This document shows positions 53,375 through 64,000 of a stretch of DNA of 64,000 nt, in pieces (the stretch's first letter is position 1; every line of letters begins with the position of its first letter). The stretch is from assembly GCA_035327585.1 (NCBI GenBank), contig DAOLDD010000014.1:3494-67493 (forward strand), in the 5' to 3' direction. The notes below the pieces were generated by a model. The model saw nothing but the letters and a program-made list of their open reading frames with translations. It had not been told where the DNA came from and ran no database searches. Source of the stretch: Kiritimatiellia bacterium. Lineage in GTDB: Bacteria > Verrucomicrobiota > Kiritimatiellia > CAIVKH01. Made by a program: the position numbers and the translations under genes.

Positions 53375-56035
53375 TCAACCCAAGCCCGCCAGCATCGCCG
53401 TCAATTTCTCGCGTTTGTCCGCCAGTTCGTCGCGCCGCGCGCGCGCCTGGTTAACCACGTCCAATTTCGCTTTCTGCACAAAACCCGGATTGTTCAGCCG
53501 TGCGTCGATGCGCTCCAGTTCCTGCGTCACCGCCTCCAACTGGCCCGTCAGCTTGGCGCGCTCCGCCTCCACGTCCACCGCGCCGAGCGACAGGTACACC
53601 GAACCCAGCGCATTCAACGCGCTCGGCATTGCCTGCGACGGCTCGAAGGCCGGGTCCACCTTGATTGAACCCGCCTTCACCAGCAGGCTGATCACCTTCG
53701 CATCGGACTCCAACTGCGCCGCCGCTTCCGCGCTCACCGGTTTGATCACGAGATCCACCTTGTCGCCCGGTGGCACCTCGTAGTCCGCGCGCAACTGACG
53801 CGCCTTGCGGATCAGGTCGTGCTTCAAATCCACATACTCGACGTACGGCTGCGCCATGCCGCGCAACGTCAGGTTGTCGGCCTTCGGCCACGGCGCGGTC
53901 ATGATGGTCTCGCCCTCGAGGCCGTACCCCATGCCGTGCCACAGCTCCTCGGTCAGGAACGGCATCAACGGATGCAGCAGCCGCAGCGCGCGGTCGAACA
54001 CGTGGTGCATGATCGACAGCACCTCGCGGCGGCGCGTCTCGTCCTGCCCGTACAACACTTCCTTCGCGTACTCCACGTACCAATCGCAAAACTCGTGCCA
54101 GAGGAACTCGTACAGCACGTGGGCGTAGTCGTTGAACCGGAAGCGCTCCAGGCATTCCTGCGCGGCCTTCGCCGCATCGTCCACCTTGGCGACGATATGC
54201 CAGTCGTCCGCCGACCAGTTTTCCGGATTCAACTTGAGCGCGCGCACGTCGAGCGGTTGCTCCAACTTGTGCATCTGCATGAACCGCGCGACGTTCCAGA
54301 TCTTGGTGCCGAAGTTGCGGCCCACCTCGAACTTGTCCTTCGAGACGTACACGTCCTGCCCCGTCGCCGTCAGCATCAGCAGGCTGAACCGCAACGCGTC
54401 GGCGCTGAACTCGTTGATGATCTCGAGCGGATCGATCGAATTGCCGAGGCTCTTCGACATCTTGCGGCCCTGGTTGTCGCGCACCGTGCCGTGGATGTAG
54501 ACCTCCGTGAACGGCAGGTCGCCCATGAACTCGTAGCCCGCCATGATCATGCGGGCGACCCAGAAGAAAATGATCTCCGATGCGGTCGAAAGCGAATTCG
54601 TCGGATAGTAGAACTTCAGGTCGGGATTCTGCTCCGGCCAGTTGAACACGCTGAACGGCCAGAGCCACGACGAGAACCACGTATCGAGCACATCCTCGTC
54701 CTGCCGGATTTTCGCCGATGCGCACGTCGGGCACGCCGTCGGCTGGCCGCGGTCCGCCCACTGGTGGCCGCAGTCGTCGCAGTAGAAAATCGGAATCTGG
54801 TGGCCCCACCAAATCTGACGCGAGATGCACCAGTCGCGGATGTTCTCCATCCATTCGAGGTACACCTTGTTCCAGCGGTCCGGCACGAATTTGATCTGAC
54901 CTTCTCGCACCGCCTTGATGCCGGGTTCCGCGAGCGGCTTCATCTTCACGAACCACTGCGGAGACAGGCGCGGTTCCACCACCGCGGAACAGCGGTAGCA
55001 GTGGCCGACTGCATGCGGATGCTCCTCCACCTTCACCAGCAGGCCCGCCGCCTCGAGGTCCTCCATGATCTTCTTGCGGCACGCGAACCGCTCAAGACCT
55101 TGATACGGTCCCGCGTTCTCGTTCATGTGCCCGTCGTCGGTCATCACGTTGATCTGCGGCAGGTTGTGGCGCAGGCCCATCTGGTAATCGTTCGGATCGT
55201 GCGCAGGCGTCACCTTCACGCAGCCGGTCCCGAATTCCTTCGCGACAAAATCGTCCGCGATAACGGGAATCTCGCGGTTCAGAATGGGGAGAATCAGCGT
55301 CTTGCCCACCAGATGCAGATAGCGCTCGTCCTTCGGATTGACCGCCACCGCCGTGTCGCCGAGAAACGTTTCGGGCCGCGTCGTCGCCACCGTGACGAAT
55401 TCGCCCGGCACATCTTTCACGGCGTACTTCAAGTGGTACAGCTTGCCCTTCACATCGCGGTGCTCGCTCTCCTCGTCGGAAAGCGCGGTCTGGCAGCGCG
55501 GGCACCAGTTGATGATGTAGGTGCCGCGGTAGATCAGGCCCTTGTCGAAGAGGCGGATGAAGACTTCCTTGACGGCGTTGCTGAGGCCCTCGTCCATCGT
55601 GAATCGCGTGCGGTCCCAGTCGCACGACGCGCCGAGCGCCTTGAGCTGATTCACGATCGTGTCGCCGTATTTGTCCTTCCACGCCCACACGCGTTCGAGG
55701 AATTTTTCGCGGCCAAGGTCCTGGCGGCGCAGGCCCTCCTTTTTCAATTCGCGCTCGACAACGTTTTGCGTCGCGATGCCCGCGTGGTCCGTGCCCGGCA
55801 CCCAGACGGCGTTGTACCCCTGCATGCGCCGCCAGCGAATCAACACGTCCTGGATCGAATTGTTCAGCGCGTGCCCCATGTGCAGGATGCCCGTCACATT
55901 GGGCGGCGGGATGACGATCGTGTACGGCTCGCCGCCGTGCGTGGGGTCGCGGTGGAAGCACTTCTGCTGGAGCCACCACGCGTACCACTTCGCCTCGATG
56001 ACTTTCGGATCGTAATGTTTGGGCAGGTCGGACAT
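53375..56035 (-). CDS. valS: valine--tRNA ligase
   Basis: HIGH (PPNVTGILHMGHALN), KMSKS, the class I editing domain and the C-terminal coiled coil; 886 aa. Confidence 0.95.
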   Translation of the reverse strand: MSDLPKHYDPKVIEAKWYAWWLQQKCFHRDPTHGGEPYTIVIPPPNVTGILHMGHALNNSIQDVLIRWRRMQGYNAVWVPGTDHAGIATQNVVERELKKEGLRRQDLGREKFLERVWAWKDKYGDTIVNQLKALGASCDWDRTRFTMDEGLSNAVKEVFIRLFDKGLIYRGTYIINWCPRCQTALSDEESEHRDVKGKLYHLKYAVKDVPGEFVTVATTRPETFLGDTAVAVNPKDERYLHLVGKTLILPILNREIPVIADDFVAKEFGTGCVKVTPAHDPNDYQMGLRHNLPQINVMTDDGHMNENAGPYQGLERFACRKKIMEDLEAAGLLVKVEEHPHAVGHCYRCSAVVEPRLSPQWFVKMKPLAEPGIKAVREGQIKFVPDRWNKVYLEWMENIRDWCISRQIWWGHQIPIFYCDDCGHQWADRGQPTACPTCASAKIRQDEDVLDTWFSSWLWPFSVFNWPEQNPDLKFYYPTNSLSTASEIIFFWVARMIMAGYEFMGDLPFTEVYIHGTVRDNQGRKMSKSLGNSIDPLEIINEFSADALRFSLLMLTATGQDVYVSKDKFEVGRNFGTKIWNVARFMQMHKLEQPLDVRALKLNPENWSADDWHIVAKVDDAAKAAQECLERFRFNDYAHVLYEFLWHEFCDWYVEYAKEVLYGQDETRRREVLSIMHHVFDRALRLLHPLMPFLTEELWHGMGYGLEGETIMTAPWPKADNLTLRGMAQPYVEYVDLKHDLIRKARQLRADYEVPPGDKVDLVIKPVSAEAAAQLESDAKVISLLVKAGSIKVDPAFEPSQAMPSALNALGSVYLSLGAVDVEAERAKLTGQLEAVTQELERIDARLNNPGFVQKAKLDVVNQARARRDELADKREKLTAMLAGLG

Positions 56036-56255
56036 AGGCGGGCAATAAACCCGATTTCGGCGGGCGTTGGAATACGAAAAACCGGCTCACCCACCACTCG
56101 AGCTTCAGCCCGGATCGTGCATCACCGCGGAGGCGCGGAGGGCGCGGAGAGAACGACCACGAATTCACACGAATAAAAGCGGTCCGGATTCGTGTGTATT
56201 GGTGTTCGCTCGTGGTTAAGTACCCCTCCGAGGTGCTCTATCCGGGCAAGTCACC

Positions 56256-57755
56256 CTAAGCCTTGCGGTAGCGCTCCAGTCGGCAGAGGTAGCCGCCGAG
56301 GTCGACGGGTTGCTGGTAGTCACGCACAAGCGAGGCGTCCGCCGGCGCGATACGCAGTGGGTTCGGGAACACAAGCCGCCCACCGGGCCGGAGCGCACGC
56401 GATGCGGCGGTGAAGAAATCGGCATACAGCCCGCGCATGTCCTTGATCCGAATCCGGCGGCCCATCGGCGGATTGCTGATCACCAGCGAGACGGAACCCG
56501 GCGCCACGGAAGCCGCGCGGAAATCGGAAACCATGAACACGGTCTCCACGCCGCCCAGCGAGGCGGCCGCGACGTTCCGGCGTGCGGTTGCAACGGCCTC
56601 CGGGCTCACATCGGTCCCGATCAACCGGGCGACGCCGCCGAGCAGACCGCGTTCGATCAATTCCACCCCGGACCCGCAGAACGGATCCCACGCCACCTCC
56701 CCGTCCATCGGACCCGCCAGCCGCGCCATCGCTGCCGCGAGCGGGGGATGCGACGACGCAGACACATCGCCTCGCCGGTAGGTGAAGCGCGGGTCGGGAT
56801 GGATGCGCGGACGCAACTCAACCAGCATGCCGCGCGGCGTGGCATGGAGATCCATCGACCACGGCGCCTCGCGCGCATCGTTCAGCATGTCAGGACACCG
56901 CGCATACGCGCGATTCGCCAGCTCGCGCACCGCACCGCGCTGGTGCCCCTTGTCCATGAATTCAATGCGGTAGCGAACCGAACCCTCCGTGAACGTCTGC
57001 ATGAGCACGCGAGCGCGAGGCGAGACGATGAACGCCGCGAGTTCATCCAAGTCGCCGGACTTTGAGTAGCCCAGCGAGAACCCCAGCGTCGCGAAGCAGC
57101 GCAGTTGGTACACATCGGCCAGCGTAAATGGCGCCGTGGGCGTGAGCACCAGGCAGCGGTGATGTTGTTCGAGCAGACGGAAACGGGATTTCAGCGGGGA
57201 CGCCGCCAACTCCTCGCGCACGAGCCCTTCGAGCCCGCGCCGGCAACGCAGATGAACCCGGAGCCGGTTGAATCCTTCAAACACGCGATCCAGGCGCATC
57301 TCACTCGGCGCGTCGACACGCGCCAGCGCGGCCTTCACCTTCTGCTCCGTCTGCGGCAGCACCCCGGACACCGCTTGGAGCGCATCCGGCCCGCCGATCT
57401 TTTCCAGAGCCCGTCCGATATGCCGCTTCTCGCGATCCGCGCCGGGCCGCTTCAACAGTTCGACCATCCGGTTTTCGGCGCCGGGCGCACCGCGCAATTT
57501 CGGGATCGCGGCCATCGCATAGCGGCGGACTTTTTCGCTGGGATCGTTCAGCAGCCCGGCGAGCCACGCTTTGACCTCGGCTCTCTGTGCAACCGAGCCA
57601 GCGGCGGAAAAGGCAACGCCGACCGCCCGGATCACCGCGACCCGCGCATTCCGCTCCTTCGGATCGGCGCGATTGAAGCGCGGCACCTCGACATTCCAGA
57701 GTTCATCGCATGACAACGCGCGAAGTTTGCGATACAGCTCCTTATCCGCCTTCAC
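56256..57755 (-). CDS. class I SAM-dependent RNA methyltransferase with a THUMP domain and N-terminal HEAT-like repeats (RlmL/Trm-family-like)
   Basis: MTase motifs DPFCGSGVELIE (motif I) and NPPMGRR (motif IV, NPPY-like), preceded by a THUMP-like region and about 150 aa of HEAT-like repeats. Start proposed at GTG 57755, whose TG overlaps the doc TGA stop; the ORF-track ATG at 57821 would overlap doc by 70 nt. Confidence 0.7.
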   Translation of the reverse strand: MKADKELYRKLRALSCDELWNVEVPRFNRADPKERNARVAVIRAVGVAFSAAGSVAQRAEVKAWLAGLLNDPSEKVRRYAMAAIPKLRGAPGAENRMVELLKRPGADREKRHIGRALEKIGGPDALQAVSGVLPQTEQKVKAALARVDAPSEMRLDRVFEGFNRLRVHLRCRRGLEGLVREELAASPLKSRFRLLEQHHRCLVLTPTAPFTLADVYQLRCFATLGFSLGYSKSGDLDELAAFIVSPRARVLMQTFTEGSVRYRIEFMDKGHQRGAVRELANRAYARCPDMLNDAREAPWSMDLHATPRGMLVELRPRIHPDPRFTYRRGDVSASSHPPLAAAMARLAGPMDGEVAWDPFCGSGVELIERGLLGGVARLIGTDVSPEAVATARRNVAAASLGGVETVFMVSDFRAASVAPGSVSLVISNPPMGRRIRIKDMRGLYADFFTAASRALRPGGRLVFPNPLRIAPADASLVRDYQQPVDLGGYLCRLERYRKA

Positions 57756-58177
57756 GAGGCGCGCTTCCCGGCGGGACGTTTTTTCTTCCGCACCGGGGCG
57801 GGACACGTCGCGCGCAGCCATTTCGCATAGCCCCGCTCATCCAGCTCCCCCGCCGCCAGCGCCAGCGTCTGGAGCACGACCTCCTCCTCAGGGGCTTCGA
57901 AGGAAATCCCGTTGGTTTCCAGAAACAACGCCGCGGCCATAAAGCCTGCGCGCTTGTTGCCATCCAGAAATGGGTGATTTCGGACAATTCCCGCGGCATA
58001 CGCAGCTGCCATCTCAAACAAGTCCGGTGCACCGTAGACGAATAACTGCCGGGGACGATTCAGCGCGGACTCCAGCAATCCCAGATCACGAACACCGGGC
58101 AGTCCTCCGAATTGCGCCAGCATGTCCTCATGAAAGGCCAACGCGTCATTCACATCCACCCAAATCGGTTCGCTCAT
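57752..58177 (-). CDS. doc: Doc (death-on-curing) Fic-family toxin
   Basis: Fic/Doc motif HPFLDGNKRAG; 141 aa; directly downstream of an AbrB-fold antitoxin gene. Confidence 0.8.
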   Translation of the reverse strand: MSEPIWVDVNDALAFHEDMLAQFGGLPGVRDLGLLESALNRPRQLFVYGAPDLFEMAAAYAAGIVRNHPFLDGNKRAGFMAAALFLETNGISFEAPEEEVVLQTLALAAGELDERGYAKWLRATCPAPVRKKKRPAGKRAS

Positions 58178-58404
58178 TTCGCCAACTCACGGAGGGCGTT
58201 GCGATAGCGGTGTATCAGCTTCTCGACGATTTCCTGCTTGGCCGCGAAGCCGCTGCGATCCGGCGTCATCCGCACCGACTGCTCCGGCGCCTCGGTCAGG
58301 TAAAGGACATCCCCCTCCTTCACCATCATGGCCTTCATCGCCTCCTTCGGGAGCAGGATGCCGTAGGAGTTGCCGATCTTGCGGACTTTGGTTTTTAGCG
58401 TCAT
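58174..58404 (-). CDS. phd: AbrB/MazE-fold antitoxin (Phd-like partner of Doc)
   Basis: KIGNSYGILLPKE swapped-hairpin signature; 76 aa; overlaps doc by 4 nt. Confidence 0.7.
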   Translation of the reverse strand: MTLKTKVRKIGNSYGILLPKEAMKAMMVKEGDVLYLTEAPEQSVRMTPDRSGFAAKQEIVEKLIHRYRNALRELAK

Positions 58405-58501
58405 GTTATAACTTTAGTTATTACGCGCCACCTCGTCAAGCACGCGCCCAACGTGCGCTTCTACAGGTCAAATGGACGGCAACGATAAATCTTAATTTGC
58501 T

Positions 58502-59092
58502 CTAGGCGAGCAGCTTGCCCAGGTGCCGCGCGAGCGTTGCGCCCAGACCGCGCACGCGCGCGTCGAGCTTTTCATCCACCAGACGGCCGTCCGGCGAAAA
58601 GGCCTTGTGTGCCTGGTTGACCGTTACCTGATCCGGTAGCACGTTTGCGCCGAGACTCGACAGCATCGCGCGCACATGGATCAGACCGCGCAGGCCGCCC
58701 AGCGCGCCCGGCGAGGCCGCGCACAACACCACCGTCTTTCCCGCAATCGCGGCCAGCGGGGTTTCCTCTTTTGTCTCCGAGCGCGAAACCCAGTCGATCG
58801 CGTTCTTGAACACGCCCGTCATGCTTGTGTTGTACTCCGGCGATGCGAGGATCAGCCCGTGGTGCTCCACGAAGAGCTTCTTCAATTGGCGGACGGTTTC
58901 CGGGAGGCCCTGTTCCGCCTCCAGATCCGCATCATAAAGCGGCATGGGGTACTCCCGCAGGACGGCCAGCGTCACCTCCGCGCCGGCTGCGCGGGCGCCT
59001 TCCGCGGCTATGACGGCCAACTTTTGATTGAACGACTCGCGGCGCAACGCGCCGCCGATAGCCAAAATGCGTGGTCTCATCGTCGTGGGCAT
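58502..59092 (-). CDS. NADPH-dependent FMN reductase family protein
   Basis: ILAIGGALRRESFNQKLA...ILASPEYNTSMTGVFKNAIDW, typical of the FMN_red/ArsH/SsuE family. Confidence 0.8.
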   Translation of the reverse strand: MPTTMRPRILAIGGALRRESFNQKLAVIAAEGARAAGAEVTLAVLREYPMPLYDADLEAEQGLPETVRQLKKLFVEHHGLILASPEYNTSMTGVFKNAIDWVSRSETKEETPLAAIAGKTVVLCAASPGALGGLRGLIHVRAMLSSLGANVLPDQVTVNQAHKAFSPDGRLVDEKLDARVRGLGATLARHLGKLLA

Positions 59093-59098
59093 GTGCTC

Positions 59099-60010
59099 CT
59101 ATTCCAGACTGCGTGCGGCGTGAACCTTCAAATGAAGATTGAATACATCGTTCACGACGTGTTTGCCGAGGAAGGCAAAAAACCGGCTGGATCCGTAGAG
59201 GCTGCCCCATCGGGTGCGATCCAGAGCCACCATGGCTTGCAGCGTCAGGTGGTCGTTATCGAGGCTCGCGAGGGTCGCATCAAACTCCACCGGCTCCACC
59301 ACGCCGCGCAGACGGAGCGAACCCGCGATTCGAACGTTGACCCGGCCGATGCCCGCGTTGGCGATCGGTTCCACGCGGGAGGAAATGAAATGCGCATGGG
59401 GGTGGTTGTCCACGTCGAAGAAATCCGCGGTCTTGAGGTGCGCGACCAACATCGCGTTCCAGCCGGCGTCCGCCAGATCCTCGCACCGAATGCGCGTGAG
59501 GTCTCCCGTCAGTTCCACGCGCACGAGTCGCCCGTTCTCCGCGTGAAATTCGCCACCGGCCAGCGGGAGATCGCCGCTGTGGTGATTGGTGAGATTGCAC
59601 CCCGTCCAGCGCACGACGCTCGTCGTCACGTCCGCCAGGTAGCGACCCTGTAGCGCGGGCGCGGTTGGCAGGACGCCCGATCCCTCTACGGGAAAACCCG
59701 ACGCGCGCCATGCCCGCAATCCACCGCGGAGGTCCGCGACATTTCGATAGCCCGCGGAGCGAAGTCGGGCAGCGGCTTCGCGGGAGTCCAGAAATGGATC
59801 CCCCTCGCCATACACCACGATTTTCTCGTTCAGATCAGGCACGAGCCCGCGGACACGATCGAGAAATGCCGTTTCATAAATGCAGGCATTTTTCGCGCCC
59901 GGCAGGTGGGACGCGGCGTAATGTTCCTCCGGCAGCACGTGAAGCAGCAGCGGTGCCGCGGCGCCGTCCATGAGGGTCCGAAGCGCCGCGGCATCCAACT
60001 CGCCATTCAT
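59099..60010 (-). CDS. rhodanese-domain / YceI-like domain fusion protein
   Basis: N-terminal rhodanese-like region (LLLHVLPEEHYAASHLPGAKNA...) and a C-terminal YceI-like beta-barrel region; 303 aa; low certainty. Confidence 0.55.
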   Translation of the reverse strand: MNGELDAAALRTLMDGAAAPLLLHVLPEEHYAASHLPGAKNACIYETAFLDRVRGLVPDLNEKIVVYGEGDPFLDSREAAARLRSAGYRNVADLRGGLRAWRASGFPVEGSGVLPTAPALQGRYLADVTTSVVRWTGCNLTNHHSGDLPLAGGEFHAENGRLVRVELTGDLTRIRCEDLADAGWNAMLVAHLKTADFFDVDNHPHAHFISSRVEPIANAGIGRVNVRIAGSLRLRGVVEPVEFDATLASLDNDHLTLQAMVALDRTRWGSLYGSSRFFAFLGKHVVNDVFNLHLKVHAARSLE

Positions 60011-60405
60011 GTCTTGTCCGCCAACAACGCGGCCACCCCGCGGCGATGAACCCAGATGAGGAACGCGGCTAGTGCCGTCACCAGCAGCACCGGGGGATCG
60101 AAGACGCCCGCACGCGCGACAAACATGTGAAAGGCGATGATGTTGACGATAATCGGCGTCAGGATCAGCAATCCCAATGGGCGCAGGCGGGGAATCGCGA
60201 CCAACACACCGCCGACGAGTTCAAACACCTTCACCATCGCCATGAACCCGGTTCCGAACACCGCGCCCATGAACATGCCGACCGGCGTGTCCGCGGGCGG
60301 CGGCGGCGGCATGGGAAGAAAGTTCAGGAAAAAGTTCGACCCCACCACGATAAACAACAGGCCCAGCAGGCCCCCAGCGATATTGGCCGCAATTTTCATC
60401 TTCAC
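60007..60405 (-). CDS. DoxX-family membrane protein
   Basis: 132 aa with four TM helices and a proline-rich loop; overlaps the upstream gene by 4 nt. Confidence 0.6.
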   Translation of the reverse strand: MKMKIAANIAGGLLGLLFIVVGSNFFLNFLPMPPPPPADTPVGMFMGAVFGTGFMAMVKVFELVGGVLVAIPRLRPLGLLILTPIIVNIIAFHMFVARAGVFDPPVLLVTALAAFLIWVHRRGVAALLADKT

Positions 60406-60412
60406 CCCCCCT

Positions 60413-61141
60413 TCATTTCAAATCGAACAACAACGCCTCAACCCCGTCCACGGCCTCCACGGCATACGCGCCCGCCGCCTCGGCGGATGCGCCGTCGCCG
60501 GCTTGCAACTCCATGCCATTCAGCGTGGCCGAGCCTCGAATTATCTGGAGCCACAGGCCCCGCCCGTCCGCCAGTTCGTGCGAAACCCGTTCGCCCTTTT
60601 TCAAGCGAATGCGGTACACGTCGGCGTCCTGATGGATCAGCGCGGACCCCTCGCGTCCGTCCGCTGAAATCACCAACACCTTGGCCGCTGTCTCATGTTC
60701 CGGCTTCGGGTGCCACTCGGTATACCCCGGCTTCAGCCCGCGTTCGCGCGGCTGGATCCAGATTTGCAGCATATGCGTCGCGACGTGTTTGCCGGGGTTG
60801 TACTCGCTGTGCGTCACCCCGCGTCCCGCGCTCATCAACTGGATCTGCCCCGGCTTGAGTGTGCGCCCGTTGCCCATGCTGTCGCGGTGCTCGAGCTCGC
60901 CCTCGACGACATAGCTGAAAATCTCCATGTCGCGATGCGGATGCGTCGGGAAACCACCGCCCACCGCGATGCGGTCCTCGTTGATGACCCGCAGCGTGCG
61001 GAACCCCATGTGCGCCGGGTCGTAGTATTCCCCGAACGAAAAGCTATGCCGTCCTTTCAACCAGCCGAAATCCGCCCGCCCCCGGTCGTCGCTCCTCCGA
61101 ATTTTGATGTCCGTCATAATCGCACTCATTGCATCCTCCAC
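60413..61141 (-). CDS. pirin-family cupin protein
   Basis: Bicupin with a His-containing metal site (THPHRDMEI...E); 242 aa. Confidence 0.85.
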   Translation of the reverse strand: MEDAMSAIMTDIKIRRSDDRGRADFGWLKGRHSFSFGEYYDPAHMGFRTLRVINEDRIAVGGGFPTHPHRDMEIFSYVVEGELEHRDSMGNGRTLKPGQIQLMSAGRGVTHSEYNPGKHVATHMLQIWIQPRERGLKPGYTEWHPKPEHETAAKVLVISADGREGSALIHQDADVYRIRLKKGERVSHELADGRGLWLQIIRGSATLNGMELQAGDGASAEAAGAYAVEAVDGVEALLFDLK

Positions 61142-61178
61142 GACGTATGTCGGGGAGGACGTCGATTCCTGACAGCCG

Positions 61179-62762
<1,584 letters not shown>

Positions 62763-62778
62763 GAAACACCTCCGGTGC

Positions 62779-62850
62779 AATGACGAATGTCGAATGACGG
62801 AATGACGAATGGACTCAATGGATTCGTCATTCGGATTTCGTCATTCGTCA
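62779..62850. repeat. palindromic GAATGAC/GTCATTC heptamer element (copy 3), between the aspartate kinase stop and the cimA start
   Basis: AATGACGAATGTCGAATGACGGAATGACGAATGGA-CTCAA-TGGATTCGTCATTCGGATTTCGTCATTCGTCA; ends about 17 nt upstream of the cimA ATG on the minus strand. Confidence 0.8.
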
Positions 62851-64000
62851 CTTCCCTTTCTTCCCCAACTCAAACGCCTTGTGCAGCACCTGCACGGCCT
62901 TGTCGGCCTCGCCCTTGCGGATGACGACGGAAATTTTGATCTCCGAGGTCGCGATCATCTCGATGTTGATCCTCTGCTTCGCCAGCGCCTCGAACATGCG
63001 CGCGGCCACGCCGGAGTGGCTGCGCATCCCGACGCCGACGATGCTGACCTTGGCGATGTCCTCATCCTCGGTCACGGCCTTCGCGCCGAGTTCGGACTGC
63101 ATGCCCTCGACGACGCGGCGCGTCTTCGCCAGATCGCCGCGCGGCACGGTGAACGTGATGTCGGTTTCGCCCTTTTCGCTGACGTTCTGGACGATCATGT
63201 CCACGTTGATGCTCTTGCGGGCGAGCTCGGTGAACATCGTCGCCGCCACGCCCGGTTTGTCCTCCAACCCCTTGACCGTCACCTTGGCCTGGTTCTTGTC
63301 CGAGGCCACTCCGCGCACAACGATGTCTTCCATGTTCTTCACCTCTGCTCTGACCACTGTTCCCGGTTTCTCGACAAAGCTGGACATGACCTCCAGGGTC
63401 ACGCCGTGATTCTTCGCAAACTCGACCGCCCGCGATTGCAGCACTTCCGCGCCCATGCTGGCGAGCTCCAGCATCTCGTCGTAGACGATTTCATCCACCT
63501 TGCGCGCGTCCGTCACGATGCGCGGATTCGCGGTGTACACGCCCTCGACGTCCTTCAGAATCTGGCAGCGATCCGCCTTGATCGCGGCGGCCAGCGCGAC
63601 GGCGGTCGTGTCCGAACCGCCGCGCCCGAGCGTCGCGATGTCTTCGTTCGGGTTGAGCCCCTGGAAGCCCGCGACGACGACGATCCGGTTCTTCTTCAAC
63701 TGCGCGAGCAGCCGTTTGGGTTTCAACGCGCGGATTTTCGCCTTGGTGTGCACGCCGTCCGTAAAGATGCCGGCTTGCGGGCCGGTCATCGAAACGGCCT
63801 CCGCGCCGAGGTGGTGCAGCGCCATCGTCAGGACCGTGGACGAAATCTGCTCGCCCGTCGCCATCAGCGCGTCCATCTCGCGCTCATCCGGCTCCGGGTT
63901 GATTTTTTTCGCGAGATCAATGAGGTCGTCCGTCGTGTCGCCCATCGCGCTGACCACGACCACGACCTGGTTGCCCGCATCCCGCGTCTTCAGGATGCGC
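62848..64000 (-). CDS. lysC: aspartate kinase (5' end lies beyond the window edge)
   Basis: ...VVVSAMGDTTDDL..., ...RGGSDTTAVALAAAIKADRCQILKDVEGVYTANP..., then two C-terminal ACT domains; the frame stays open to position 64000. Confidence 0.85.
   Translation of the reverse strand, partial: RILKTRDAGNQVVVVVSAMGDTTDDLIDLAKKINPEPDEREMDALMATGEQISSTVLTMALHHLGAEAVSMTGPQAGIFTDGVHTKAKIRALKPKRLLAQLKKNRIVVVAGFQGLNPNEDIATLGRGGSDTTAVALAAAIKADRCQILKDVEGVYTANPRIVTDARKVDEIVYDEMLELASMGAEVLQSRAVEFAKNHGVTLEVMSSFVEKPGTVVRAEVKNMEDIVVRGVASDKNQAKVTVKGLEDKPGVAATMFTELARKSINVDMIVQNVSEKGETDITFTVPRGDLAKTRRVVEGMQSELGAKAVTEDEDIAKVSIVGVGMRSHSGVAARMFEALAKQRINIEMIATSEIKISVVIRKGEADKAVQVLHKAFELGKKGK

Noticed and set aside
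53819-56176. 785-aa + strand ORF antisense to valS
   Set aside because: valS HIGH/KMSKS motifs are on the minus strand; shadow ORF.
56036-56255. Possible regulatory RNA (T-box-like) between the methyltransferase gene and valS
   Set aside because: Only a generic hairpin (ACACGAAT...ATTCGTGT) was found, with no specifier-loop/T-box conserved sequence. T-boxes would also be unexpected in this lineage.

Overview
This is a high-GC (about 68% by eye) bacterial chromosomal segment, dense with housekeeping genes on both strands. Conserved blocks include nusA-infB-rbfA-truB-ribF, hisB-hisH-hisA, hemH/hemB, valS, lpxC, panC, coaBC, trxB, msbA-like, aroD, cimA/leuA-family and the start of an aspartate kinase, plus one tRNA-Leu(UAA). 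The ORF track is full of long antisense 'shadow' ORFs typical of high-GC DNA, and I kept only the frame with recognisable domain content. Accessory content that stands out: (1) a 4-gene c-di-GMP-linked exopolysaccharide module (REC-GAF-GGDEF-REC-HD-GYP signalling protein, then a PilZ::GT2 synthase fusion, a PgaB-like protein with a degenerate deacetylase motif, and a TPR scaffold); (2) an operon fusing T2SS-like GspK/L/M components to an ABC-2 (Wzm/Wzt) polysaccharide exporter and a PEGA protein; (3) a PEP-CTERM protein next to a secreted Ca-binding repeat protein in a lower-GC patch; (4) an FHA-domain protein next to a prepilin-type pseudopilin; (5) two toxin-antitoxin modules (VapBC coupled to hemB; Phd/Doc coupled to a HEAT-THUMP RNA methyltransferase); and (6) three families of small dispersed intergenic repeats - a structured hairpin family with compensatory stem changes, tandem pairs of a TTACAACGTCTGTAA motif, and palindromic GAATGAC-heptamer elements sitting just upstream of start codons. 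No CRISPR array, integrase or transposase was seen. The taxonomic guess (PVC superphylum/Verrucomicrobia-like, from PEP-CTERM, pseudopilins, PEGA) is inference only.
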